Shown: positions 36,173 to 47,786 of the stretch, in pieces
Numbering within the stretch: the stretch's first letter is position 1
How the letters are laid out: each line of letters starts with the position of its first letter
From: Mobula hypostoma
Lineage: Eukaryota
NCBI RefSeq assembly: GCF_963921235.1
Contig: NC_086101.1
Span: 109,926,001-109,990,000 of the forward strand
Direction: 5' to 3'
Length of the DNA stretch: 64,000 nt
Made by a program: the position numbers and the translations under genes
Notes under the pieces: generated by a model
Told to the model about the DNA's origin: nothing
Seen by the model: the letters and a program-made list of their open reading frames with translations, nothing else
The model's database searches: none

Positions 36173-39100
36173 CCCATATGACTTTCATATGGGTGGTGGT
36201 TTTTACTGTAGTCAGTGAGGGTGCATGTTTACCTGTAGCAACATACAAAACACTAGAAGAGGGCTTTACTCTTTGGAGCAAAAGAGGATGAGAGTAACTT
36301 GGTAGAGGTGTATAAGATGCACACATCAAATGGACAGCCAGAGACTTTCCCCTAGGGTGGAAACGGCTGATACGAGGAGGTATCAATTTTAAAGTGAATG
36401 GAGGAATTTATGGGGGGGAGAGGGATGTCAGAGGCAGACCCAGCGAGTGGTGGGTGCGTGGAACACCCAGCCAGGGGTGGTGGCAGAGGCTGATACACTA
36501 CAGACATTTAAGAGACTCTTAGATAGGCACATGGATGATAGAAAAAAATGGAGGGCTATATAGGAGGGAAAAGTTAGATTGCTCTTAGAGTAAGATAGAA
36601 CAGTATAGCACATGAACAGGGCATTCAGACTACAATGTTGTGTCAAACCAACTAAAAAGGAATTGAAAAACACCCAAACTCTAATCTGTCCTACTTACAC
36701 AATATCCATATCCCTCCATCTTCCTCACATCCATGTGCCTATCCAAATGTCTCTTAAAAGCCTCTAATATATTTGCCTCTACCACTATAACAGGCTGTGC
36801 ATTCCAGGCATCCACCACTCTCTGAGTGAAAAACTTACCCCTCACACCCCCTCCTCTGAACTGACCCCCTCTCACCTTCAATGCAGCCTTCGCCACCAGA
36901 GGAAACAACCCAAGTTTATCCAGCCTCTCATATAACCATATAACAATTACAGCATGGAAACAGGACATCTCGGCCCTTCTAGTCCGTGCCGAACGCTTAC
37001 TCTCACCTAGTCCCACCGACCTGCACTCAGCCCATAACCCTCCATTCCTTTCCTGTCCATATATCTATCCAATTTAACTTTAAACGACAACATCGAACCT
37101 GCCTCAACCACTTCTGCTGGAAGCTCGTTCCACACAGCTACCACTCTCTGAGTAAAGAAGTTCCCCCTCATGTTACCCCTAAACTTTTGCCCTTTAACTC
37201 TCAACTCATGTCCTCTTGTTTGAATCTCATGATAGCACATACCCTCTAAACCAGGCAGCATTACAGCACAACACACCTCTTCTAGACCCTCTCCAAAGAC
37301 TCAACATCCTTCCTATAGTGGGGTGATCAGAGCTATATGCAATAATGCAGATGTGGCCTAGCCAGAATTTTTTATAAAGTTGCAATATAACCTCTTGACT
37401 TTTGGACTCGGTGTCTTGAATAATAAAAGCAAGCATTCCATAAGCCTTCCTAACCATCCTATTGACCTGTGTAGCCACTTTCAAGGAGCTATCCCAAGAT
37501 CCCTCTGCTCAGCAACACCGTTAAGGATCTTGCCCTTAACAGTGTACTGTCTCCTTGCATTTGCCCCACCAAGGTGCACCACCTCACATTTATCTGGGTT
37601 AAACCTGATGTGACATTTCTCTGCCCTTATCTGCAACAGTAGGTTGAAAGGTCAGCGTGTCATCGTGGGCCAAAGGGCCTGTGTCGTGCTGCAATGTTGT
37701 ATGGTCTGTATTCTAAGTCAATCGGTCAGGCTGCATCTGTAAAGAGGAATAGACGGTCACTGTTTTGAGATGAGACTCTTTATCCAGACTGAAAAACAGA
37801 GGGTAGAGAGCCAGGATAAAGAATGGGGTGGGGTGGGGAAGGTATAGAGCAGGAGCTGGTAAGCGATCGGTGGATCAGGGCAGGAGCGGTGACAGGAAGA
37901 TGGAGGAGTGGGGTAGTGGGAACAGAAAGAGAAGCTGGCAGGAGGTAGTTGGAGCTGACCACGGGCTGCAGGTTCAGCTTGACATCTGAAACTTTGACAA
38001 ACCTCTATGGATATGTAGTGGAGAGAACATCATTGAAATATTCCCACAATTTATGGACTCACTTTTAAGGACACATCATCTCATGTTCTCAATATTTCCT
38101 GCTTACTTATTAATATAATTTCTTTGCCTTTGTATACAAACAGTTTGTTGTCTGTGCACACTGGTTAAACACCCAAATTGGTGCATCTTCCATTGATTCT
38201 GTTATGGTTATTATTCTATTATGGATCTATTGAGTATGCCCCCAAGAAAATGAATCTCAGGGTTCATGGTGACATGAATGTAGTTTGATAATAAATTTAC
38301 TATGAACTTTGAACTTTTGAGAAGCAGGTGGATCATGGAACCAAGTGAGGGAAGTAGGGAGGGAAAATGGGAACAAAGGGAGGAACATTGTACTTTGACT
38401 CAAAACTCTGACCAACCATTTCCCTCCACAGATGCTGCTCGACCCGTTAAGTTTCTCCAGCAGTTTGTCTGCTGCTCCAGATTCCAGCACCGATGGTCCC
38501 CTCCTGGACTGTTGGTGCGGTTTCCAGTAGGAAGTAGGCAGTAGGTGGGACCTTGGGCAGGGGTGGAGAAATGATGGGAGGGTGTCGAAACCAGGTACGG
38601 ACGAGGAGACAGGGAGATGAGAACAGCAGAAGCAACAACACAGAAATAGACTGGGTGTGGGGCAGAGTCTGTGTCTCCGAGGGAAGGGGAATACATCTGT
38701 TCTCGCTGATTACCTGGATTCTGACAACTTGCAGTCACACTCATGCACAAGGAGAATGGATCAGCCCTGTCACTGACTTGTTCCGAAGCTTAGAATTGTC
38801 AAATTTTGTCTAGTAATCTGTATGCAACTTCATCTTTGTCCTGATCCTTGAGCAATTTCTAATTCCATCATTTGAATATACATTCAGTGGTCTCTTAGGT
38901 ACCTCCTGTACCTAATAAAGTGGCCACTGAGTGTATGTTCATCGTCTTCTGCTGCTGCAGTCCATCCACTTCAGGGTTTGACGTGTTGTGCTCTCCAAAA
39001 GGCAATTCTGCTCACCACTGCTATAGCACATGATTACTTGAGTTACTGTCGCCTTGCTGTCAGCTTGAACCTGTTTGACCATCCCCAGACCTCTCTCATC

Positions 39101-39397
39101 AATAAGGCAATTTTACGCACATAACTGTCACACACTGCGTTTTGTTTTTGCATTTTTTTACACCATTCTCTGTAAACTCTGTAAACTGTGAAAAGCCCAG
39201 GTGATCAGCAGTTTCTAAGATACTTTCGTACAATTCTCTGTAAACTCTTATAGACACTGTTGTGTGTGAAAGTTCCAGCTCAGTCGTTTCTGAGTTACTC
39301 AAACAGATCCGCCTGGCACCAACAATCATTCCACAGTCAAAGTCACTTATATCACATTTCATCACCATTCTGATGTTTGGTCTGAACATCAACTGAA

Positions 39398-40650
39398 TGT
39401 CATAAGCGGGGCATTGGGAGTGGACCCAAATGCAAGACACAGACACTGAAGTACAAGGAACAGGACTAGGACTAGAGTTAAGCAAGCAAGGGAAGTGGGG
39501 AAGAAAGGATGCTGGACATTGACACAGGCTCTGGATGAGACCAGGATGCAGGGCCTGGTCTAGAACATGGACAAGAAACATGGAACCCGGACAAGGAACT
39601 AGGAACAAGGAGCCTGGACTAGGAACACAGAACTCTGGAACTAGAGCCTGGACAAGGACCCGCAACCTAGGTCTTGGTTGGGACTAGCAACCTGGGTCCT
39701 GACTCGGAACCGGAACCTGGGTCTAGGCTAGGACTTGGGCCTAGGATCTTGGCAAAGACAGGACGTAGCTACAGAACAGGATGTGGAACTCCTGCACAGG
39801 ATGAGGCACATGGGCGAGAACACAAAGCCTTGACTTGGACAGAACGAGGTTCTTGGACGTGGCTTGGACAGAACGAGGTTCTTGGACTGGACGAGTTTCT
39901 TGGACATGGCTTGGATTGGACGGGGTACTGCTGGGCTGGGCGAAGCACAAGGACAGGATGAGACCCCAAAGCCTTGACTTGGTCTTGGGAGACAGGAATG
40001 CAGAACACAGAGCCTTGGTCTTGGGAGACAGGAACGCAGAACACAGAGCCCTGGCCTTGGGAGACAGGAATGCAGAACACAGAGCCTTGGCGTTGGGAGA
40101 CAGGAATGCAGAACACAGAGCCTTGGCCTTGGGAGACAGGAATGCAGAACACAGAGCCTTGGACTTGAGAGACAGGAACACAGGGACATGGAACACAGAG
40201 CCTGGACCCCTCCTTGGGGACAGGACATGGGGCCGGGGCTCTACACAGAATGCTGAACACGACGAGATGGTTCCCAACACTAGGTAGCAGCAAATGGCCG
40301 GACCTACCTAGCGAAGGCATGGACACAGAGAAAGTTCAAAACAACAATGGACAGTTCCTTATCTAGATGCAGCAAGGCTCCGGTCTTGCTCTGGCAGTAG
40401 AACCTGACAGCAATACAGGCGAGGACGCAGGCGAGGTTGCAGGGAAGGCTTCAGGAGGAAGGTGAAGGGAAGGGAACAGTCCAGCAAATGAAGCTGAACC
40501 CAGGAGCTATTTATGTAGCCGGCCCAAAACAGAATCATGCGCCTCAGTTAAGGCACACAACAGAACAAAGGAAAACCAGAAAACCTGGAATACGGATTGA
40601 TGGACCAGACTGTGAACTGGAATACGGTCTTCACAGACCGGACCATGACA
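39398..40650. mobile_element. Solo LTR (1253 bp) with 5-bp TSD
   Basis: TGTCAT...ATGACA perfect inverted ends; TSD CTGAA at 39393-39397 and 40651-40655. Confidence 0.88.
39979..40180. repeat. 36-bp minisatellite, 5 full copies plus a partial copy, inside the solo LTR
   Basis: Unit TTGGYCTTGGGAGACAGGAAYGCAGAACACAGAGCC. Confidence 0.95.
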
Positions 40651-41799
40651 CTGAACCTCTTGACCATGTCTGCATGCTTTTATGCATTGAGTTAATGTCA
40701 CATGATTGGCTGATTGAGGCCTTTTGTTGGCTGGATTGACCAAGGATATTGTGTCCTAGCTGTCTATGTGATACGCAAGCCAAGGCAGCAGCTCATGTAG
40801 CAGGCTCCCCCTCTCCACTCATCTGATGAATCCCAAGGAAAAACCAAGACCGATACCATTTGGCACCAGTGGCGTCGTAGGAGTTGTCTGTCAATTTTGA
40901 ACAACCTAGGGGCACCTTAAGGATTCCAGCTCTGGATTTTCCTTGGAGTGTACTCCTGAAGCCTTCCCCATGAGTGGGTATAGCTGCAAGGCAGTGGAGG
41001 TTGGAGATCAGTTTTCCTTCTCCTAGATGAGCTGCCAACCATGGCTAATGAGCCTCATCTGCCCAAAGTGACTGGTTTTAAGGTGCTAGTGACCCCACTC
41101 CCTTCGCCCTTTCTCCTGTCAGTAGAAACAGTTCCACCAGGCTTAGTAGCTAAGCCACCGGTGAAGGCCAGGAGTTGAACTTGGTTCTCAGAGTCTATTT
41201 GCGGCGCATGCCATTGGGAGCATATAATAGGTAGTAGGAGGTTACCTCCATTACTACCCCTGGCTATCAGAACCTTAGGAAACCAAGGTTAAGAAATGGC
41301 TGATTAGATATTTTCATTAATGAGCAGGTATACGGTTGTACTTGATAAAGAGGCATCGAGTGCACAAATACCAATCACCATATAGACTTCAGCTGTTAAA
41401 TCCAATTCAATCAACGTGTTAAAGGCTAATAATATTTGAGAATTAATTAAAGTAACTGTTCAATGGCAGGTAACAGTAAACAAGCTTTCCTCTGTCAGCA
41501 CATCACCTTAACCCTTGCCTGCTACAGCGTCCATTTATCCAGGGACAGGGTGCCAGTACAAGAGGACTCCACACTGATACTTGGCAGTTTTTATTATGTC
41601 CTACGATGTACTGCTGCCGCATAAAACAAATTTTACGACATATGCCAGTGATATTAAAATTGATTCTGATTCTGATGTCCACAGTCTGGAAACGTGGAAG
41701 CTGCAGGTCATTCGGAGTTGGAACCTGGTACTGGGGAAGGGAAATTTGATACATCAGCCAAACGACGGAGGATTGTCTGATGATGAGAGAATATATTTA

Positions 41800-42080
41800 A
41801 TTATTTATATTTATTTAGCGATACAGCACGGAACAGGCCCTCCCAGCTATACGAGCCGCACCACCCAGGAATCCACTGATTTAACCCTAGCCTAAACACA
41901 GGACAATTTACGATGACCAATTAACCTATTAACCGGTACGACCTTGCACTGTGGGAGGAAACCGGAGCACCCGGAGAAAACACACGTGCAGACGGGAAGG
42001 ACGTACACATTTTCCTAGAGCGGACACCGGAACTGAACCCGAACTCTGATGCCCCGAGCTGTAATAGCGTTGCATTAAGT
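41800..42080 (-). mobile_element. tRNA-derived V-SINE-type element
   Basis: CTGTGGGAGGAAACCGGAGCACCCGGAG core on plus, i.e. the reverse complement of the V-SINE core. Confidence 0.8.
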
Positions 42081-42216
42081 TATGGGCTGGTTTTCTGTCC
42101 ACAGTCTGAGGGCAGGGGCTTGTCTGATGCTAAGAGTATTATGGGTTGATTGGCTGCCTGGTGCAATGTGGTTGGAGGTTGCCAAAATGACAGTTTGCTC
42201 ACTCCCTTTCTCTCAG

Positions 42217-42599
42217 CGCAGACTGATGGATGTGGGTTCTGGTTGGAGAATCCGGCATACATAGAGGCTATAGAGAAGGGGACTACTACTCTTCTCTGCT
42301 CCCTCACTTACCCAGATATCTACACACCCGGAGACATTCATATCTCATGGAAAGTTGATCATTTCAGGACAGATATATTCACGTTTTTGCTAAACAAGAC
42401 AATTGGTGAATACCGAGGCCGGATCGAGTTGCTGGGCAACCGTCTTCGAGACAAGATGGGCTCCATCCGCTTACATCGGCTGAAAGGAAGTGACTCCAAT
42501 TTCTATTTCTGCCGTGTGACAATTTTGGAAGATCATCATCAGCTGATAGAATGGCAAAGCATCTCGGGGACGTTTCTGTCAGTGAGAAATGGGTCCTGA
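42217..42599 (+). CDS. IgV exon C, PILR-like, homologous donor lost, reads into NGS* stop
   Basis: Acceptor tctctcag| at 42216; open frame ...DIHISWKVDHFR...YRGRI...DSNFYFCRV...WQSISGTFLSVR; roughly half the residues identical to A by hand alignment; ATGGGT at 42589-42594 where A/B have GTGAGC; TGA 42597-42599. Confidence 0.75.
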
Positions 42600-43740
42600 A
42601 TCCTTACCCTGACCTCTGCTCTTGTCTGAAGGTTCTTTCAATTAATTCCCGTGCTTCAATCCAGCTTCATGTCTTCACATTTTCACACTGCAGGGCAACA
42701 GTCCACTCGGCCTACCTCGGCTGACTTACATCCGTATTAATTAACTCACATCCGTCCTACCGAAGGCTTTCGGCCTGAAACATGGACGGTACTTTTTTCC
42801 CCCAGAGATGCCGCCTGGTCTGCTGAGTTCCTCGAGCATTTAGCGTGTGCTCCTTGTATTTCCAGTATCTGAAGATTTTCTCCTGTCCGCACTAATCTCA
42901 TCTCCTGGCACTTGGCCCCCTCACCTCCTATCCATGGATAGTTCATGTACTCGTCTAGACCCTTCCTAAATATATCTGTCACTCTGCTTCCGCCCCACTC
43001 TCTGGCCGCGAGTTCCAGGTACTTACCACTCTCTGGGTGAGAAAGTTCCCTCTCAGACACCCTCCAAATCCCTTACTCCTCATCTTGACATTTTATATAT
43101 GAAGTTGTAAAATATTGTGAATGTGAAATGAGAAATATTTCCTTTTATCTACTCTGTCTGTACTCTCATGGATATGTGCACCTCAATCTTGTTCCTTTCA
43201 AACCACCTCCATTCCAGGGAATGAAGACCCATCACTGAAGCACATTGTCCCAGATAACATCCCATGAAGATTCTCTGCACCATCTCCAGTGAAAACACCC
43301 CTGTCCCGCTCTTCCTCAGCACTGCATGGTCCTGGCCTCATTAATGCACCCAGTGTTTTTCAGCTCACACTTATCCGGATTAAACTTCTTAGGTGATTTC
43401 CCAGCCTCATTTTACCAACACATTGGGATTGAGTATAGAAATGATTGCCCTCCACACTGTCAACAATTCCATTGATCTTTGCCTTGTTCTGCAGGGAACA
43501 CTGCAGCACAATACAGGCTCCTTGGCTCATGATGTTGTGCCAACCTTTTATCTTACTTTAAAATCAGTTTACACCCATCCCTCCTACATAGTCCTCCATT
43601 TTCCATCGACGAGGTCCCTAACTTCTAGTTTTGTAAAAGGCCCCTGATGTATCTTCCACTACCCCAGCTCCTCACATGGTGTCAGTTTCTCTGCCCTCTT
43701 CTCCTGTCCCGAAGTCACTGCGCTGAATTCCATCTCACAG

Positions 43741-43896
43741 GAGGCTCGTTGACCCCCAGAGTGACCGCAGTAACTCTAAGGATGCGGAAGCTGAGCCAAG
43801 GCTCCATCCTGATGATCCGGTCAGCGCTGGTTTTCGGACTGCAGGCAGTGGAGTGGACCGTGGGCACTTACCTGATCAAGAGGAGCCCAGTTGCAG
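43741..43896 (+). CDS. Candidate stalk plus transmembrane exon with intramembrane Arg (GSILMIRSALVFGLQAVEWTVGTYLIKR)
   Basis: Polypyrimidine acceptor catctcacag|, donor GCAG|GTAACT; 156 nt, phase 1-1, open; hydrophobic stretch followed by KR. Polar Q/E in the segment lowers confidence. Confidence 0.55.
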
Positions 43897-43963
43897 GTAA
43901 CTTGCGTTTTCTGACGACGCAGGTCACTGCCGGACCGAATGACTCACATCGGCCTCCCGTTAG

Positions 43964-43980
43964 ACTTGACGTACTGGTGA
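43964..43980 (+). CDS. Candidate last coding exon (D)LTYW*
   Basis: 67-nt intron with CTCAC branch and ctcccgttag| acceptor; in phase; TGA at 43978-43980; GTGAGT donor at 44003. Confidence 0.3.
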
Positions 43981-44489
43981 GGGCCGCAGTATCCGGCACC
44001 ATGTGAGTCTCTGAATGGTGGCTCCATACTCCATTACACTCCTTCCTCCTTAACCCGATGTTCACACCTCTGTGATTCTTGGCATACCGAGCCTATCCTT
44101 CCCTTCCCCCCACCACACCTCCATCAAAAAGTAGGAGCAGGACGAGGCTACTTGGCCCAGCATATCTGCCCCATTATTAAAGTCAGTTTGGCTGATGTAC
44201 CCCAGCACTCATCTTCCCTTCCCTGCCGGTTGCCAGGAGCGTCAGTACTGTAAGGTCCATCTCCTTCCCATCTGAAGTGATCTCGGCTCAAGGATCAAGA
44301 ATTCCAGAGAAGCCCCAACTTCCACACCAGTGGTAAATAACCGCCCCCTCTGATGGATGTAAAGAGAATGGAGAGATATACTTGTGTAGCCAGGTTACTT
44401 AAGTATGCCTTTAATAGTTTTATTAGTTCAGAACAGCATAGTATGCTGAATGGCCTGTTCCTGCACTGTTCTGCTCTATCCTCATTGGC

Positions 44490-45050
44490 GACTTTATTAG
44501 GTGCAGGAGTGGAACCCAGTCTGGTCTTCTAGTTCAAGTTCAAGCGTATACAGTTAAAGGAAACAGTATCTGAAACAGTTTCTACCGCTGTAGCCCAGGG
44601 TTCGACGTCCTGTGCGTTCAGAGATGCTCTTCTGCAGACCACTGTTGTAACCCATGGTTATTTGCGTTACTGTAGCCTTCTTGTCATCTGGAATCTTTCT
44701 GCCCATTCTCCTCTGATGTCTCACATTAACAAGGCACTTTCATCCACAGAACTGCTGCTCACTGGATATTATGTTTCATTTGTTTGTTTTCCGCACCATT
44801 CTCTGTGAATTTAGGAGGCTGTTGTATGTGAAAATCCCAGGAGATCAGCAGTTTCTGAGATACTCAAACCACTCTATCTGGCACCAACAATCATTCCACG
44901 ATCAAAGGAACTTAGCTCACATTTCTTCTCTATTCATGTGTTTGGCCTGAACAACAACGGAACCTCTTGATCACGTCCACATGTTTTTATGCATTGAGTT
45001 TTTACCACATGATTGGCTGATTAAGTACTTGCATCAACTAGCCGTTGTAC
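44490..45050 (-). mobile_element. Tc1-derived deletion element
   Basis: Same family as the other copies. Confidence 0.75.
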
Positions 45051-45149
45051 AGGTGCTTATTGCCTGTACCACTGTAATGTTATTCTTCGGTGGCTGATAG
45101 ACAATTCCCACCAGTGATTTTTTTTCCCCTTTGCTACTCCTACTCTCCA

Positions 45150-46660
45150 CCCAGATGGATTCAACATTCTGCTCCTTAGATCTTATATCGTCTCTCACTA
45201 TCATCCTGACCTCACACCACCTCCCTTACCTTCCTGCCTATCCTTCTAATTAACCTGATAGCCTTGGATATTTAATTCCCAATCCTGTCCACCCTGCAAT
45301 CATGTTTCTGTTTTGGCCACTAAATCATACCCCTTTGTACTGATTTGTGCCACAAGTTATTTCGAATACAACGGGCATTCAGATAAAGTGCCCTTACATT
45401 CATTGTGCCTTTAAAATCGTGTAATTTTTTCTTTTTTGCACTTGACTTTTCTTCACTCCACTCTTACTTTTCTCCTTTTTATCTTTTCCTCTTGCTTTAT
45501 CTTTATCAACACTTTTCTCTTTTCTTTATCCATACTTCTCCAACGTGTTGAACCCACCTCCCTACTATTTAGTTTAAAGCTCTATCCAAACCCCTAGTTA
45601 TGCCATTCGCCAGGATCCAGGTCCCATTACATTTCAGGTGGAGCCCATCCCATTGGAATAGCTTCCTCCTTCCACAATACTGGTGTCAATTTCCCATGAA
45701 TACAAACCCACTTCTCCCACACCAATCCTTGAGCCACATATTTAACTCTCTAATCTTCTTGACCCTATGTCAATTTGCGCATGACTCAGGTAGTAATCCA
45801 GAGATTACCACCTTTTCGGTTCTGCTTTTTAATTTAGTCCCGAGCTGCTCAAAATCCCTCAGCAGAATCTCTTTCCTCATTCCACCCACATGGACCACGA
45901 CAACTGGATCTTTCCCCTCCCACTACAAGTTCCTCTGCAGGCCAGATAAGATGTCGCAAACCTGGGCACCATGCAGGCAACATAGCCTTTGGGATGCTCT
46001 ATCCTCACGACAGAGAACTCAGTCTATTCCCCTGGCTGCACTATCCCCAATTACCATTACACTTCCCTTCTTTCCCCCCTCTTGAATGGCTCCCTGAACT
46101 ATGGTGCCACAGTTAGGTTGCTCATCCTTTCTACAGCCCCACTCTCATCCACACTGGGAGCAAGAATCTCAGACCTGTTGGACAAGCTCAAGGGCTGAAG
46201 CTCCTCCAGCATTATTTCTTGGATCCCACTACCCGCCTCACTTGCTGTCACACCCTGACCACAGACCGAATTTGAGGCAGCTAATCTAATGAGTGTGACT
46301 ACCTCCTGAGATAGAGAATCCAGGTAACGCTTCCCCCTCCCTGGTGTGCCACAATGTTTGAAGCTCATTTTCCAGGTCATCAACTTTGTGTTCCTCGAGC
46401 AGCCAACACCTGCTGCGGATGTGGTCACCAGGAACCACAGTGGGGTCCACCAGCTACCACTCCTACACTAGTCGACTCACATAATGGCCACTCCGCTTTG
46501 ACCCCGCTTTACTTTTATTTGCTCCTGCTAATGAATCATGAATTGATTGGTCTGCCACTAATTTGGCAACACTGCGAAACTTTCCTTTTTAAAACTCTTC
46601 TCCCCGATCTGTGCAAAGCTCGGTCTTTCTGCGGATTGACTGGTCCGCCACTCATGGGAA
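45150..46660 (-). mobile_element. CR1 5' portion (ORF1 and start of ORF2)
   Basis: ELQPLSLSNRSEIL motif and ORF1 esterase-like remnants on the minus strand. Confidence 0.7.
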
Positions 46661-46679
46661 AAGTATTCCCCATACATAT

Positions 46680-46965
46680 TGTGGGGCAGCACAGTAGCCT
46701 AGAGGTTAGCACAATGCTTTACATTATAGACAACCTGGGTTCAATTCCCATTGCTGCCTATAATGAGCTTGTATGTTCTGCCTGTGACTATGTGGGTTTC
46801 CTCAGGTGCTCCAGTTTCCTCCTACAGTCAAAAGACATACCAGTTGGTAGGTTAACTAGTCATTGTAAATTGTCCGCTGATTAGGCTAGGATTAAACTGG
46901 GGGTTGCTGGCGGCTTGGAGGGCCAATTCCGTGGAGAATCTCAATAAATAAATAAACAAATAAAG
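46680..46965 (+). mobile_element. tRNA-derived V-SINE-type element with (TAAA)n tail
   Basis: tRNA-like head, CTCCAGTTTCCTCCTACAGTCAAAAGAC core. Confidence 0.8.
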
Positions 46966-46974
46966 AACTCCTCA

Positions 46975-47230
46975 AACACGAGTAAATCTGCAGATGCTGG
47001 AAATTCAAGCAACACGCACAAAAAATGTTGGTGAACGCAGCAGGCCAGGTAGCATCTAAAGGAAGAGGTACAGTCGATGTTTCGGACCGGGACCCTTCGT
47101 CAGGACTAACTGAAAGAAGAGATAGTAAGAGATTTGAAAGTGGGAGGGGGGAGGGAGAGATCCGAAATGATAGGAGAAGACAGGAGGGGGAGGGATGGAG
47201 CTAAGAGCTGGAAAGTTGATTGGCAAAATA
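46975..47230 (-). mobile_element. Penelope-like terminal fragment with hammerhead motif (47071-47108)
   Basis: Reverse complement TTAGTC-CTGACGA-AGGGTCCCGGTCC-GAAA-CA-TC-GACTG. Confidence 0.7.
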
Positions 47231-47786
47231 AAGAACTCCTAACAAATTTGACAGACATAATTTCCCCATCATGAAACTATTCTAACTCTGCTTCATCAGG
47301 TTAACACTTTCCAAAAAGTTCTGCTATTGATTGTAACAATTATCTCCTTAAATCAGTCAAGCTTGTCAGAAATCATTTCACAGAAGTTCGTGCACTGAAA
47401 GAGAGCACAAGCTGAAGAGATTTGCTTGCTTGGGGAGGTCTGAACGGAAAGGGTTGTGTTCCAGTTACTACACCATCCAGTGCACACATCTTTCTCTGAT
47501 TTCAGCCCTTAGTTTCATACATAATTAAAATCACCAGTTATCATAGACATTCTCTCTCCTTTCTGTTCCCTTTGGACTGAAGATACAAAACCACCAGGCT
47601 CAAGGACAACTTCTGCCCTGCTGAATGGTCTCCTTATACGATAAGGTGAACGCTTGACCTCACAATGTACGTCGTTATGGCCTTACACCTTATTGCTTGC
47701 CCGCACTGCACTTTCTCTGTAACTGTATGAACCTTATTCTGCATTCAGTTATAGTTTTCCCTTGTGCCACCTCAGTGTACTGCTAT

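Larger units (their letters stand above)
38880..40745 (-). mobile_element. Tc1-derived element interrupted by a solo LTR
   Basis: Tc1 sequence 38880-39397 resumes in register at 40651 (AACTGAA|CCTCTTGACC). Confidence 0.8.

Noticed and set aside
39979-40180. 36-bp repeats of CRISPR-like length and long ORFs across them
   Set aside because: Head-to-tail copies with no unique spacers, inside a eukaryotic LTR; the ORFs are repeat artefacts.
43897-43922. 26-nt GT-AG intron after the TM exon
   Set aside because: Too short for vertebrate splicing; the 67-nt intron or read-through is more plausible.
43868-44065. Minus-strand ORF ending at a GTAAGT donor, considered as SLC25A11 exon 1 because of human head-to-head synteny with RNF167
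   Set aside because: The translation bears no resemblance to the SLC25A11 N-terminus.
46680-46760. tRNA-like A/B boxes (also at 34795 and 42000-42080)
   Set aside because: Heads of SINEs followed by SINE core and tail; no complete cloverleaf, so not tRNA genes.
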